Part shown: in pieces, positions 56,124-64,000 of the stretch
How the letters are laid out: the number at the start of each line of letters is the position of its first letter
How positions within the stretch are numbered: position 1 is the stretch's first letter
Source: Actinomycetota bacterium
Lineage (GTDB): Bacteria; Actinomycetota; Acidimicrobiia; Spongiisociales; UBA5794
Reading direction: 5' to 3'
Assembly (NCBI GenBank): GCA_039715165.1
Contig: JBDLHX010000001.1
Coordinates: 298-64,297 of the forward strand
DNA length: 64,000 nucleotides
Made by a program: the position numbers and the translations under genes
Notes under the pieces: model-generated
Told to the model about the DNA's origin: nothing
Databases searched by the model: none
The model's input: only the letters and a program-made list of their open reading frames with translations

Positions 56124-57188
56124 TCAGTACTCAATACTGGATACTCCGGTTTCGGCCACCGACCGCAGGATTGTGATTGCACGTTCTGTGTCCGCGTTCG
56201 AAACGTCCAGGTGGAACACGGCTCGGATCCGTCCCGGACCGAGGGCGAGCGTGTCGACCCCAGCTTCTCGGAGTCGAGCAGCGAATCCGTTGGCATCAGC
56301 AACGCCGAAGTAGACGATGTTCGTCTGCACGGCGGCAAGGTCAACCGAGAGCCCCTCGACGTCATTGGCTGCTTCAGCAAATCGTCGCGTGTTGGCGTGG
56401 TCGTCGACGAGGCGCTCACGATGGTGGTCGAGGGCGTACAGGGCGCCGGCGGCGATGATCCCGGCCTGGCGGAAGCCGCCGCCATACATCTTCTTGAATC
56501 GCCTGGCTCGACCGATGAGATCGCGGGGTCCGGCGAGCGCCGACCCAATCGGGGCGCCGAGCCCTTTCGAGAAACAGACGTTCACGGTGTCGGCCGTCGC
56601 CGCGTAGTCGGAGAGCGCCACGCCGGTCGCGGCCGACGCGTTCCACAAGCGGGCGCCGTCGAGGTGAACCCCAAGACCGCGATCACGGGCCGCGGACGCC
56701 ACCGCTTGCATGGTCTCGACGGGCCAGATCGTCCCACCCGCCTCGTTGTGCGTGTTCTCCATCGTGACGAGCGTCGTGGGATCGTGCAGCCCGGGCGGGA
56801 GATCGGTAGGAGGATCCGGCACGGCGGCGATGAACTGCTCGGGAGTGAAGACTCCGCGTCTGCCCGTGATCGGCACGATGGTGACTCCGGCGAGCGCCGC
56901 CGGGGCGCCGCTCTCGTGCACGTTGATGTGGGCATCCGTCTCCATCACGATCCGATCGCCGGGCCGCGTATGAGCGGCGAGGCCGATCTGATTCGCCATC
57001 GTGCCGGATGGCACGTAGACGGCGTCGTCCGTACCGAGCATCTCTGCGACGCGTTCCTCGAGACGGATGACGGTGGGGTCGTCGCCGAGCACGTCGTCAC
57101 CGACCTCGGCGGATGCCATTGCCGCTCTCATCGCCTCAGTCGGCCGGGTGACCGTGTCCGAGCGGAGGTCGATCACGAGAAGTCCCAA
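56124..57188 (-). CDS. ltaE: low-specificity L-threonine aldolase
   Basis: DLRSDTVTRPT N-terminus, PLP-lysine region (NVCFSKGLGAPIGS), fold-type I. Start assigned to TTG 57188 (or GTG 57176); the ORF-track extension to 57470 overlaps the next gene and is discarded. Confidence 0.8.
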   Translation of the reverse strand: MGLLVIDLRSDTVTRPTEAMRAAMASAEVGDDVLGDDPTVIRLEERVAEMLGTDDAVYVPSGTMANQIGLAAHTRPGDRIVMETDAHINVHESGAPAALAGVTIVPITGRRGVFTPEQFIAAVPDPPTDLPPGLHDPTTLVTMENTHNEAGGTIWPVETMQAVASAARDRGLGVHLDGARLWNASAATGVALSDYAATADTVNVCFSKGLGAPIGSALAGPRDLIGRARRFKKMYGGGFRQAGIIAAGALYALDHHRERLVDDHANTRRFAEAANDVEGLSVDLAAVQTNIVYFGVADANGFAARLREAGVDTLALGPGRIRAVFHLDVSNADTERAITILRSVAETGVSSIEY

Positions 57189-57682
57189 TCGCCGTCGTCG
57201 AAGAGACGCGGATGAAGGGAGTAGGCGAGGGTTCCGCCACTGTTCACCGCCTCCGTCCAGTTCTCCCCGTCCAGGTCGAACGCGAGGATGGTTCCGGTCT
57301 TCACCGTGATGCGGCCGCCGGTGATCCACTCGGCGACGAGCGACCACGTGGGCTCGTGACCGACGAGCATGAGTCGTTCCGCGTCCCTGCCGCACCGAGC
57401 CGCGATTCCCAGCGCAGCCGCGGGGCCTGCCCCGTAGAGATCGTCGGCCACTTCGAGCGGACTGCTCCATCCACCGGAGATGCGGGCGAGCGACGCCGTG
57501 GACTCGGCCCTCGTGGCAGGCGACGTCACGACCCTGTCCGGGATCTCGCCCATCCTGCGGAGAACGAGCCCCATGGTCGTGGCTGCCCGCTCACCACGGG
57601 CATTGAGCGGGCGGTCCCGGTCGCCGCGGTTCGAGGCGTTCCAGTCGGACTTGCCATGGCGAAAGAGCATGAGGCGCAGCAT
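57173..57682 (-). CDS. histidine phosphatase family protein (SixA/PGM-like)
   Basis: LFRHGKS RHG motif, second His in LVGHEP; 169 aa. Confidence 0.75.
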   Translation of the reverse strand: MLRLMLFRHGKSDWNASNRGDRDRPLNARGERAATTMGLVLRRMGEIPDRVVTSPATRAESTASLARISGGWSSPLEVADDLYGAGPAAALGIAARCGRDAERLMLVGHEPTWSLVAEWITGGRITVKTGTILAFDLDGENWTEAVNSGGTLAYSLHPRLFDDGDWDFS

Positions 57683-57701
57683 GAGACGAGACTACTTGGC
57701 G

Positions 57702-58328
57702 TCATGCACCGGCGGTGAGCGCCAGCAGCACCTGAGCCAGGTAGTAGAGCGGCAGACCCCAGACCCGGTTCACGACGCCCGGCGCGACGAATCGGTTTCT
57801 GGCGACGAGGATGTCCGAGGCGAAGAACAGCACCGCGCCGGTCGTGATCATCCAATTCGGATCAGTGCCGGACGTCCCGAACGCGAGTACGACCATGACC
57901 GAGATGATGGCGATGTATGCGAGGACCGGCACTGCCATGTCCCCGACGTAGGGCGCGAGCCAACGCCAGACGAGGACCGCAATGATCCCCACGGCGATGA
58001 GGGCGATACCGGCGGCGACGAGGGCGACACCGCGGTACCCGAAGGCCACGGAGTAGGCGACGTGCCCGAGAAGGAACACGACGAGGCCGGCGAGGAATGC
58101 CTGTCGTGATTCGTAGGTGAGGAGGAGGTCACCGGCCCACGACAGCGCGAGCGCAACGAGGACGATCCGGCCGTACGGATTGGAGAGCGCTCCAGAAGAG
58201 ATCGCCACGAAGAGGAACCCGGTCGAAGCGAGCATCTTGAGCGGACGCAAGGCGGGGGAGGCGGTGCGCTCCGCCCAGATCAGTCCTGCGACGAACAGAA
58301 CCGTGAGAGCGATGGCGATAGTTGTCAT
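57702..58328 (-). CDS. lysoplasmalogenase (YhhN/TMEM86) family membrane protein
   Basis: Start ATG 58328 (MTTIAIALTVLFVAG...). Multi-TM with the YhhN pattern WAGDLLL...LLGHVAY...FFASDILVA. Confidence 0.6.
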   Translation of the reverse strand: MTTIAIALTVLFVAGLIWAERTASPALRPLKMLASTGFLFVAISSGALSNPYGRIVLVALALSWAGDLLLTYESRQAFLAGLVVFLLGHVAYSVAFGYRGVALVAAGIALIAVGIIAVLVWRWLAPYVGDMAVPVLAYIAIISVMVVLAFGTSGTDPNWMITTGAVLFFASDILVARNRFVAPGVVNRVWGLPLYYLAQVLLALTAGA

Positions 58329-58386
58329 CGCGCACGAGCCTATCGCCGGATCCGATAGCATCCACATCGAAGCGAGAGGAGAGACG

Positions 58387-58890
58387 ATGCAGATCAACGA
58401 AACGATGAACGACGCCTTCAACGGACAGATCACGATGGAACTCCAGGCAGCCCATAACTACCTCGCCATGGGAGCCTGGCTCGAGGCCGAGGGACTCGCT
58501 GGAATGGGGATGTGGATGCGTGCCCAGTCCGCGGAAGAGACCGAGCACGCGATGAAGTTCTACCAGTTCGTCCTCGACCGGGACGGCAAGGTAGCGATCG
58601 GTGCTCTCGAAGCACCCCAGGCCGAGTTCGACAGTGTTCTCGATGTGTTCGAGGCCGGACTCGCTCAGGAGAAGGGCGTGTCGGCGGCGATCAACGGCCT
58701 CTACGCGCTGGCGATGGACGAAAGGGACTTCTCGTCGCTGCCGTTGCTCGACTGGTTCGTTGAGGAGCAGATCGAGGAGGAGGCGAGCTTCTCGCAGATC
58801 CTCGACAATCTCAATCTCGCCGGTGGAAGCTCACAGGCGCTGCTGTTCCTGGATCGGGAACTCGGCGCTCGGGGGACCGCACCCGAGTAG
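58387..58890 (+). CDS. ferritin-like iron-storage protein (non-haem ferritin/Dps-ferritin superfamily)
   Basis: 167 aa with a di-iron ferroxidase four-helix-bundle pattern (ELQAAHNYLAM...EETEHAMKFYQF...EQIEEE). GAGGAGAGACG RBS region. Confidence 0.8.
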   Translation: MQINETMNDAFNGQITMELQAAHNYLAMGAWLEAEGLAGMGMWMRAQSAEETEHAMKFYQFVLDRDGKVAIGALEAPQAEFDSVLDVFEAGLAQEKGVSAAINGLYALAMDERDFSSLPLLDWFVEEQIEEEASFSQILDNLNLAGGSSQALLFLDRELGARGTAPE

Positions 58891-58899
58891 GGAAAGTGG

Positions 58900-58929
58900 G
58901 TAGAGAGTAGAGAGACAAGAGTCGAGAGA
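58900..58929. repeat. GTAGAGAG-type repeat element, forward arm
   Basis: gtagagagtagagagacaagagtcgagag; 17-mer gtagagagtagagagac identical to 29955-29971. Starts 10 nt after the ferritin TAG. Confidence 0.6.
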
Positions 58930-59036
58930 TAGGCGGTAGGAGCGTTGCCAGACGAGCAGCTGCCGGAAGTCGTGCACGGCTCTTGATCTACCAGGAGTGA
59001 CGCCTGATTCCTAGACCTTCGATCCGTCGAGGTCCC

Positions 59037-59063
59037 TCTACTCTCGTCTCTCTACTCTCTACT
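59037..59063. repeat. GTAGAGAG-type repeat element, inverted arm
   Basis: tctactctcgtctctctactctctact, the reverse complement of gtagagagtagagagacgagagtaga. About 24/27 match to the forward arm 107 bp away. Overlaps the amidase stop. Confidence 0.6.
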
Positions 59064-60566
59064 TCACCCGGAGATGGGTGGTTTGCGGTCGGCCCACGGT
59101 TGCGCTCGTTCGAGTTGGCCGGCGAGCGAGAGGAGCGTCTCCTCATCGCCGAACCGGCCGAGGAAGTGCGAACCAACCGGCAGCCCGTCCGGTGTCCAGT
59201 GGATCGGTACGGACATTGCCGGCAGCCCGGCGAAGTTGCCGAGGGGCGTGAACGCGACATATCGGAGAACCATGTCGATGAATTCGTCCCATGGGAGGGT
59301 CTGGTCGAAGTAGCCGAGGGGAACGGGGGGCGAGCCGAGCACGGGCGACAGCAGCAGGTCGTGCCGAGTGAGGAACCGTCCCACTTCGTGGGCGATCGCC
59401 TGGAGCGCAGCTTCCGCATTCAGGAGATCGACCTGGCTCCTGCGTGACGATCGGTCGGCCAGATCGAACGTGAACGGCTCGAACGCGGCTTGACCGGACT
59501 TGCGTTGGTCAGCCCTCGCGATGACTTTCATGGTCCGTTGATCGCCGATGGTGCGCCGCAGGTGTCCGACGATCGGCTTCAGCTTGGAAGCACCATCGAG
59601 GACGAGACCGAAGGCAGTTCCGGCGAGCGCCGCCCACAGCTCGAGGAACGCGTCGGCAAGGAGATCTCCGTCGATGTCGGGGCCGTCTTCGATCACGTCG
59701 TGTCCGAGGCCTTCGAGGAGCTTCGCCGTCTCGAGCACGCCGGCCTCGCACTCGGGATGGACCCGGTTGCCTCGGAAATCCCTCACCGTGTATGCGATTC
59801 GGAGGCGCTGGGGGTCTCGCCCGGCCGCCTGGGAGAACGTGCCTGCCGGCGGGGGAGCCCAGTAGCGATCCCCGGCGGCGGGGCCGTGAACGGCGTCGAG
59901 GAAAGCGGCGCTGTCGCGCACCGTACGCGTCAGCACGTGTTCGACCGAGAGGTAGTCGATCGACGTTCCCGGTTGTCTCGGGTTCCGGCCCCTCGACGGC
60001 TTCAGCCCGAAGAGGCCCGTTGCCGACGCTGGGATCCGAATGGATCCGCCCCCGTCACTTCCTTGGGCCAGTGGCACGATCCCTGCGGCGACGGCGGCCG
60101 CCGTGCCGCCGCTCGAACCGCCCGCGGAGCGTCTCACATCCCACGGATTCCGAGTCGGTCCATACAGCTCCGGCTCCGTTGTTGGAAGGAGTCCGAACTC
60201 GGGCGTGTTCGTCCTCCCGAGGTCGATGAAGCCGGCTGTGCCGATGCGATGTCGGAACTCGGACGTCGTCTCACCGACGTAGTCCCGGAAGAAGACCGAG
60301 CCGAACGTGGCCGGCTTCCCGTCCTCGACGACGAGGTCCTTGATCAGGATGGGGACGCCGCCGAACGGTCCCGTCGCCTCCGTCTCCTCGGCCTCACGAC
60401 GCGCCGCGTCGAGCCGCTCCCAGATCACGGCGTTGATGACGGGATTGACATCCTCAATTCGCGCGGCGGCAGCCTCCACGAGCTCGAGCGGATGCACCGC
60501 GCGCTGTCGGACGAGATCGGCGAGGCCGACCGCGTCGTGATCTCCGTAGCCATCAAACGGTTCCAT
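59064..60566 (-). CDS. amidase signature (AS) family amidase
   Basis: [14 protein letters not shown] glycine/serine-rich AS motif, catalytic Ser-cisSer-Lys context ([12 protein letters not shown]). Confidence 0.85.
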   Translation of the reverse strand: MEPFDGYGDHDAVGLADLVRQRAVHPLELVEAAAARIEDVNPVINAVIWERLDAARREAEETEATGPFGGVPILIKDLVVEDGKPATFGSVFFRDYVGETTSEFRHRIGTAGFIDLGRTNTPEFGLLPTTEPELYGPTRNPWDVRRSAGGSSGGTAAAVAAGIVPLAQGSDGGGSIRIPASATGLFGLKPSRGRNPRQPGTSIDYLSVEHVLTRTVRDSAAFLDAVHGPAAGDRYWAPPPAGTFSQAAGRDPQRLRIAYTVRDFRGNRVHPECEAGVLETAKLLEGLGHDVIEDGPDIDGDLLADAFLELWAALAGTAFGLVLDGASKLKPIVGHLRRTIGDQRTMKVIARADQRKSGQAAFEPFTFDLADRSSRRSQVDLLNAEAALQAIAHEVGRFLTRHDLLLSPVLGSPPVPLGYFDQTLPWDEFIDMVLRYVAFTPLGNFAGLPAMSVPIHWTPDGLPVGSHFLGRFGDEETLLSLAGQLERAQPWADRKPPISG

Positions 60567-60659
60567 GGAGGCACCCTATCGCGTGCGAAGGGAGCTATCG
60601 CCGGGTCGCACGCGAGCGACTGTTTGCCTATCGTCGTTGAAATCCTCCAGGAGACGAAC

Positions 60660-61862
60660 ATGACATCCTCCTCATCCGTCATCTCGCAGCGTGCGCTCGG
60701 GGTTGCCGAGTCCGCCACGCTGGCGATCTCATCGAAGGCGAAGGCGCTGCGCGCCGCCGGCGAGCCCGTGATCGGCTTCGGGGCAGGCGAGCCCGACTTC
60801 GCAACTCCGGGTTACATCGTGGATGCGGCTCGGACGGCACTCGACGACCCGGCGACTCATCGGTACAGCCCGGCGGCCGGTCTCCCTCCGTTGCGTGAAG
60901 CCGTCGCTGCGAAGACGGCCCGAGACTCGGGCTACTCGGTGGATCCGTCTCAGGTGATGATCACGAACGGCGGCAAGCAGGCCGTCTATCTGGCATTCCA
61001 GACCATCCTGAATCCGGGGGACGAGGTGCTGCTCCCGGCTCCGTACTGGGTGACCTATCCGGAGGCCATCGGATTGGCCGGCGGGATCACGGTTGCCGTT
61101 CCTTCCGACGACGTCAGCGGCTTCAAGGTCACCGTCGACCAGCTGGACGCTGCGGTTACGCCGCGTACGAAAGCACTCGTGTTCGTCTCGCCTTCGAACC
61201 CGACTGGAGCGGTCTACGAGCGTCACGAGATCGCTGAGATCGCCGGATGGGCTGCCGATCACGGCATCTGGGTCCTCACGGACGAGATCTATGAACATCT
61301 CGTTTTCGGGGACGCTGAGTTCAATTCGATGCCCGTGGTCGCGCCTGAGATCGCCGATCGCACAATCGTTGTGAACGGCGTTGCCAAGACATACGCGATG
61401 ACCGGCTGGCGGGTGGGCTGGCTCATCGGCCTGCCCGAAGTTACCGCGGCAGCGATCCGTCTCCAGAGTCACATTTCATCGAACGTCTCGAATGTGTCTC
61501 AGCGCGCCGCGCTCGCTGCGGTTGAGGGTCCCCTCGACGCCGTGGCAGAGATGCGCGAAGCCTTCGACCGGCGTCGCCGGACGATGATGCGGCTGCTCGG
61601 CGAGGTGCCTGGGGCTCGTGTGGTGGAGCCGAAGGGAGCGTTCTACGCGTTCCCGAATCTCACGGGATTGCTCAACCGGGATCTCGGAGGGAAGACCGCG
61701 GCAACGACGATGGAACTCGCCGATCTGCTGCTCGATGAGATCAAGATCGCTGTCGTACCAGGGGAGGCGTTCGGTGCTCCCGGGTACGCGCGCCTCTCCT
61801 ACGCGCTCTCGGATGCGGATCTCGAAGAGGGGCTCACGCGACTCGTCGACCTCGCTACCTGA
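60660..61862 (+). CDS. aspC: aspartate/aromatic aminotransferase (class I PLP-dependent)
   Basis: [27 protein letters not shown]-lysine region [16 protein letters not shown]. The ORF-track 59490-60659 part is antisense read-through of the amidase. Confidence 0.85.
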   Translation: MTSSSSVISQRALGVAESATLAISSKAKALRAAGEPVIGFGAGEPDFATPGYIVDAARTALDDPATHRYSPAAGLPPLREAVAAKTARDSGYSVDPSQVMITNGGKQAVYLAFQTILNPGDEVLLPAPYWVTYPEAIGLAGGITVAVPSDDVSGFKVTVDQLDAAVTPRTKALVFVSPSNPTGAVYERHEIAEIAGWAADHGIWVLTDEIYEHLVFGDAEFNSMPVVAPEIADRTIVVNGVAKTYAMTGWRVGWLIGLPEVTAAAIRLQSHISSNVSNVSQRAALAAVEGPLDAVAEMREAFDRRRRTMMRLLGEVPGARVVEPKGAFYAFPNLTGLLNRDLGGKTAATTMELADLLLDEIKIAVVPGEAFGAPGYARLSYALSDADLEEGLTRLVDLAT

Positions 61863-63015
61863 GACGGTCGAGCTCCTCGACGACCTTGGCCCACGCCGGA
61901 GCCGCCGGGTCGATGAGCTCGGCATGTCCGACGCCTTCGAGCTCGTGGTACACGACAGTGTCCCCTTCGTCGGCAGCGCGTCCCGCATAGGACCGGCTGA
62001 TCGCAGCGGGGATGCGGTCGTCTTCGTCACCGTGGACGATGAGCAGCGGCACTCCGAGGGGGAGATTGCGGATGGGGGAAGCCGCGTTGTAGCGATTGGG
62101 TGACTCGTCGGGGGAGCTTCGAACGAACGCTGCCACCGCATCGTCCCCGATCCCGGCCCGGTGTGCAGCTTCGAGATCACCGATCGGAGCGAGCCCAACG
62201 ACGGCGGAGATGCCGACCTGCTCGACGTCCCGTGTCGCGCGGAGAGCGAGCTGTCCGCCGGAACCGTGCCCGACGAGAACGACACGATCGAGGTCGAGCC
62301 CGTGATCGACGCCGAATGATCCGAGCGAGGCGATCGCCGCAGCCGCGTCGGCCGAGCTCGCTCGCCAGCCGCCGCCACCACCGACCCGAGCGAACTCGAC
62401 ATTCCATGTTGCCCATCCGCGGCGGGTGAGATCAACGGCTGCCGCGTCGAGCAGGTCCCGGGTGAAGACGTCGCGCCAGAAGCCACCGTGGAGCAACACG
62501 GCTACAGGGAAGGGCCCGGGCCCGTCCGGGATGCGCAGGTCACCGACGTGGTCGTCGTCCGGTCCGTACGAGATCGTCTCCATCGGCCAAGCGGCTCGTG
62601 AGATCACATGGTTGATCGCATCGCGATAGCCGCGGATGCCACGGCCGTAGATGGTGGCGGCGCATACGTCGGACACCACCGACACGCGTCGCCATGGCTC
62701 GCGGTCCTTGATGTTCGAGATGTGGACTTCGACGGTCGGCGTGCCGATCGCGTCGATGGCGTCGCGAATTGCGTACGAATAGTGCGTAAACGCTCCGGGG
62801 TTGATGATGACGGCATCGGCTTCGCGTGCCGAGTGCAGACGATCGATGATGTCGCCCTCATGGTTTGACTGGTAGGTCTCAGCCGTTGCCCCGAGATCGG
62901 TCGCCCAGCCGCGACACGCCTCCTCGAGCTCGCTCAGACTCGTCGTCCCGTAGATCTCCGGAGAGCGCGTGCCGATGAGGTTGAGGTTGGGGCCATTGAT
63001 GATGACGATCCGCAT
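61855..63015 (-). CDS. aroQ: fusion ORF: type II 3-dehydroquinate dehydratase (AroQ) N-terminal domain + alpha/beta-hydrolase (dienelactone hydrolase / S9-like) C-terminal domain
   Basis: aa 1-~145 [23 protein letters not shown]...[13 protein letters not shown] canonical DHQase-II. aa ~150-386 HGGFW, nucleophile elbow GHGSGG, HGDEDD, GVGHAE. Single frame, no intervening stop. Confidence 0.75.
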   Translation of the reverse strand: MRIVIINGPNLNLIGTRSPEIYGTTSLSELEEACRGWATDLGATAETYQSNHEGDIIDRLHSAREADAVIINPGAFTHYSYAIRDAIDAIGTPTVEVHISNIKDREPWRRVSVVSDVCAATIYGRGIRGYRDAINHVISRAAWPMETISYGPDDDHVGDLRIPDGPGPFPVAVLLHGGFWRDVFTRDLLDAAAVDLTRRGWATWNVEFARVGGGGGWRASSADAAAAIASLGSFGVDHGLDLDRVVLVGHGSGGQLALRATRDVEQVGISAVVGLAPIGDLEAAHRAGIGDDAVAAFVRSSPDESPNRYNAASPIRNLPLGVPLLIVHGDEDDRIPAAISRSYAGRAADEGDTVVYHELEGVGHAELIDPAAPAWAKVVEELDRLR

Positions 63016-63131
63016 GCTGCCTAGTTTCGAGCGCCATCACGCGCGATGCAAGGAGGCTCTCCTCGCGGGCGGCACATCTGCCACACATAACACCGGCTAT
63101 TCGCTAGCCCGCAAGCAGTGGCTGTCTGCGA

Positions 63132-63719
63132 TCAACGCACTGCTGCGAGGATGGTGCGTGTCCCGGTGGTTGCGATCCGTGATGCTTGGTCGGGCGTGTT
63201 CGCAGCGAGTTCGCGGATGCCGTCGAGAATTGCCCGGACGAGGATCGTGTCGATCTCGGGCGTGAGGTCGGATCTGAAGTCTCCGCTTTGTCGACCATCA
63301 TCAAGAGTGCCGCTGATGTGTTGCTCGACGGCTTTGCTGTAGATGTCGAGCGTGGCTCGTACGTCAGCGGAGAGGCCGATGGCGAAGTCGAATGCGTGCT
63401 GCGCGTGCGCACCGACCATTACGAAATGCCGAACCATTTGCTCGATCTTGGCGGTTGGAGATTCCGCTATCTGCAGCGCAGCTTCTAGAAGGTCGATGCT
63501 CTGGCGGTTGTGTCGGTCAATCGCCGCGGCAACGATGCCGTCGATGTCCCCGTAGTGGTTATAGAGCGTTTGGCGCGCCACACCGGCAACGTCAGCGACT
63601 TGTGACATCGTTACGGCGCCGAGGCCGTGTTCGCTGATGAGGGCGAGGGTCGCGTGGATGATCCGGCCATCGGTTGTCATCGAACCGTCCGGATGATCGC
63701 CCGATGTCGTGGCGCCCAT
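63132..63719 (-). CDS. TetR/AcrR family transcriptional regulator
   Basis: HTH MSQVADVAGVARQTLYNHYGD. ATG at 63719 overlaps the upstream stop (TGATG); the ORF track's GTG at 63785 is the alternative. Confidence 0.8.
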   Translation of the reverse strand: MGATTSGDHPDGSMTTDGRIIHATLALISEHGLGAVTMSQVADVAGVARQTLYNHYGDIDGIVAAAIDRHNRQSIDLLEAALQIAESPTAKIEQMVRHFVMVGAHAQHAFDFAIGLSADVRATLDIYSKAVEQHISGTLDDGRQSGDFRSDLTPEIDTILVRAILDGIRELAANTPDQASRIATTGTRTILAAVR

Positions 63720-64000
63720 CAGCCGACCTTCCGGTAGAGACGGACAGAGAGTGGAGCGAACACGACGAGGAGGACGGCGATCCACACGAAGGTCAACATG
63801 ATCTCGTCGCCGACTGCTATCCCGTTGGCAAGTCCCCGCACAGCGTTGGACGCTGCCGAGATCGGTTGATACTTGACGAACGGCTGAAGCCAGCCCGGCA
63901 TGGTCTCGACCGGCGCAAACGCCGTACTGGCCAACATGAGTGGGAAGAGCCAGAACATCGACAGCATGCCGACCATGTCTGGTTGTCTCACTTTCGCTGC
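63719..64000 (-). CDS. ABC-2 type transporter permease, C-terminal fragment (gene continues beyond window end)
   Basis: Hydrophobic C-terminus ...PISAASNAVRGLANG...TFVWIAVLLVVFAPLSV typical of ABC-2 exporter permeases; translationally coupled to the tetR gene. Confidence 0.55.
   Translation of the reverse strand, partial: AAKVRQPDMVGMLSMFWLFPLMLASTAFAPVETMPGWLQPFVKYQPISAASNAVRGLANGIAVGDEIMLTFVWIAVLLVVFAPLSVRLYRKVG

Noticed and set aside
58898-59068. GTAGAGAG repeats as a possible CRISPR array
   Set aside because: Only two inverted (not direct) copies per locus, no regular repeat-spacer periodicity, and no cas genes nearby. Better explained as REP/MITE-like hairpin elements
63719-63721. ABC-2 permease / tetR junction as a frameshifted single gene
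   Set aside because: There is a clean TGATG stop-start overlap with distinct protein families on each side. Ordinary translational coupling
1-64000. Search for tRNA, rRNA, tmRNA, transposase/integrase genes and phage-like blocks
   Set aside because: No cloverleaf-compatible segments were found in the longer spacers (4034-4242, 13957-14090, 15801-15968, 27238-27459, 43687-44057, 46718-46979). No DDE/serine/tyrosine transposase signatures were found other than the chromosomal xerC. The window is chromosomal backbone plus small accessory insertions

Overview
High-GC actinobacterial chromosomal window, almost all coding. The first ~27 kb is a conserved housekeeping array in Mycobacterium/Streptomyces-like order: comM-dprA-xerC, a FliA/WhiG-type sigma factor, rpsB-tsf-pyrH-frr-cdsA, dxr-rseP-ispG, proS, rimP-nusA-infB-ylxP-rbfA-nrnA-truB-ribF, rpsO-pnp. 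The rest is more accessory. (1) An SOS mutasome: imuA'-imuB at 27.8-29.9 kb and the error-prone dnaE2 at 52.1 kb. Each sits behind a perfect actinobacterial LexA box (TCGAAC-N4-GTTCGA) with a TANNNT -10 immediately after it, and dnaE2 is probably leaderless. A YcaQ-type crosslink-repair glycosylase lies next to imuA'-imuB. (2) A 1309-aa one-component transmembrane regulator: SARP DNA-binding domain + STAND NTPase + one TM helix + extracytoplasmic solute-binding-protein-like domain. Next to it are a membrane-anchored protein built from ~6 novel ~37-aa repeats (near-identical ~111-bp DNA repeats) and another anchored extracytoplasmic protein. (3) A thiamine salvage operon (TPK plus a ThiBPQ-like ABC importer) under a clear TPP riboswitch on the minus strand. 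(4) An AT-richer spacer with a TTGACA/CATAAT promoter overlapping a perfect 17-bp palindrome. It is followed by a 39-codon ORF with a strong RBS, a gene for a protein with a C-terminal RHH domain, a DUF4097 gene and udk. (5) A recurring family of TAG-rich GTAG-repeat hairpin elements at four intergenic sites (GTAGAGAG type between convergent genes, GTAGC(C)AAG type in the ispG and rimP leaders). They supply several genes' stop codons. (6) Unusual gene architectures: CdsA with a ~370-aa hyper-acidic N-terminal extension, PNPase with an RD/RG-repeat tail, and an AroQ-alpha/beta-hydrolase fusion ORF. No rRNA, tRNA, CRISPR array, transposase or integrase was found. Several long ORFs antisense to real genes are GC-frame artefacts.
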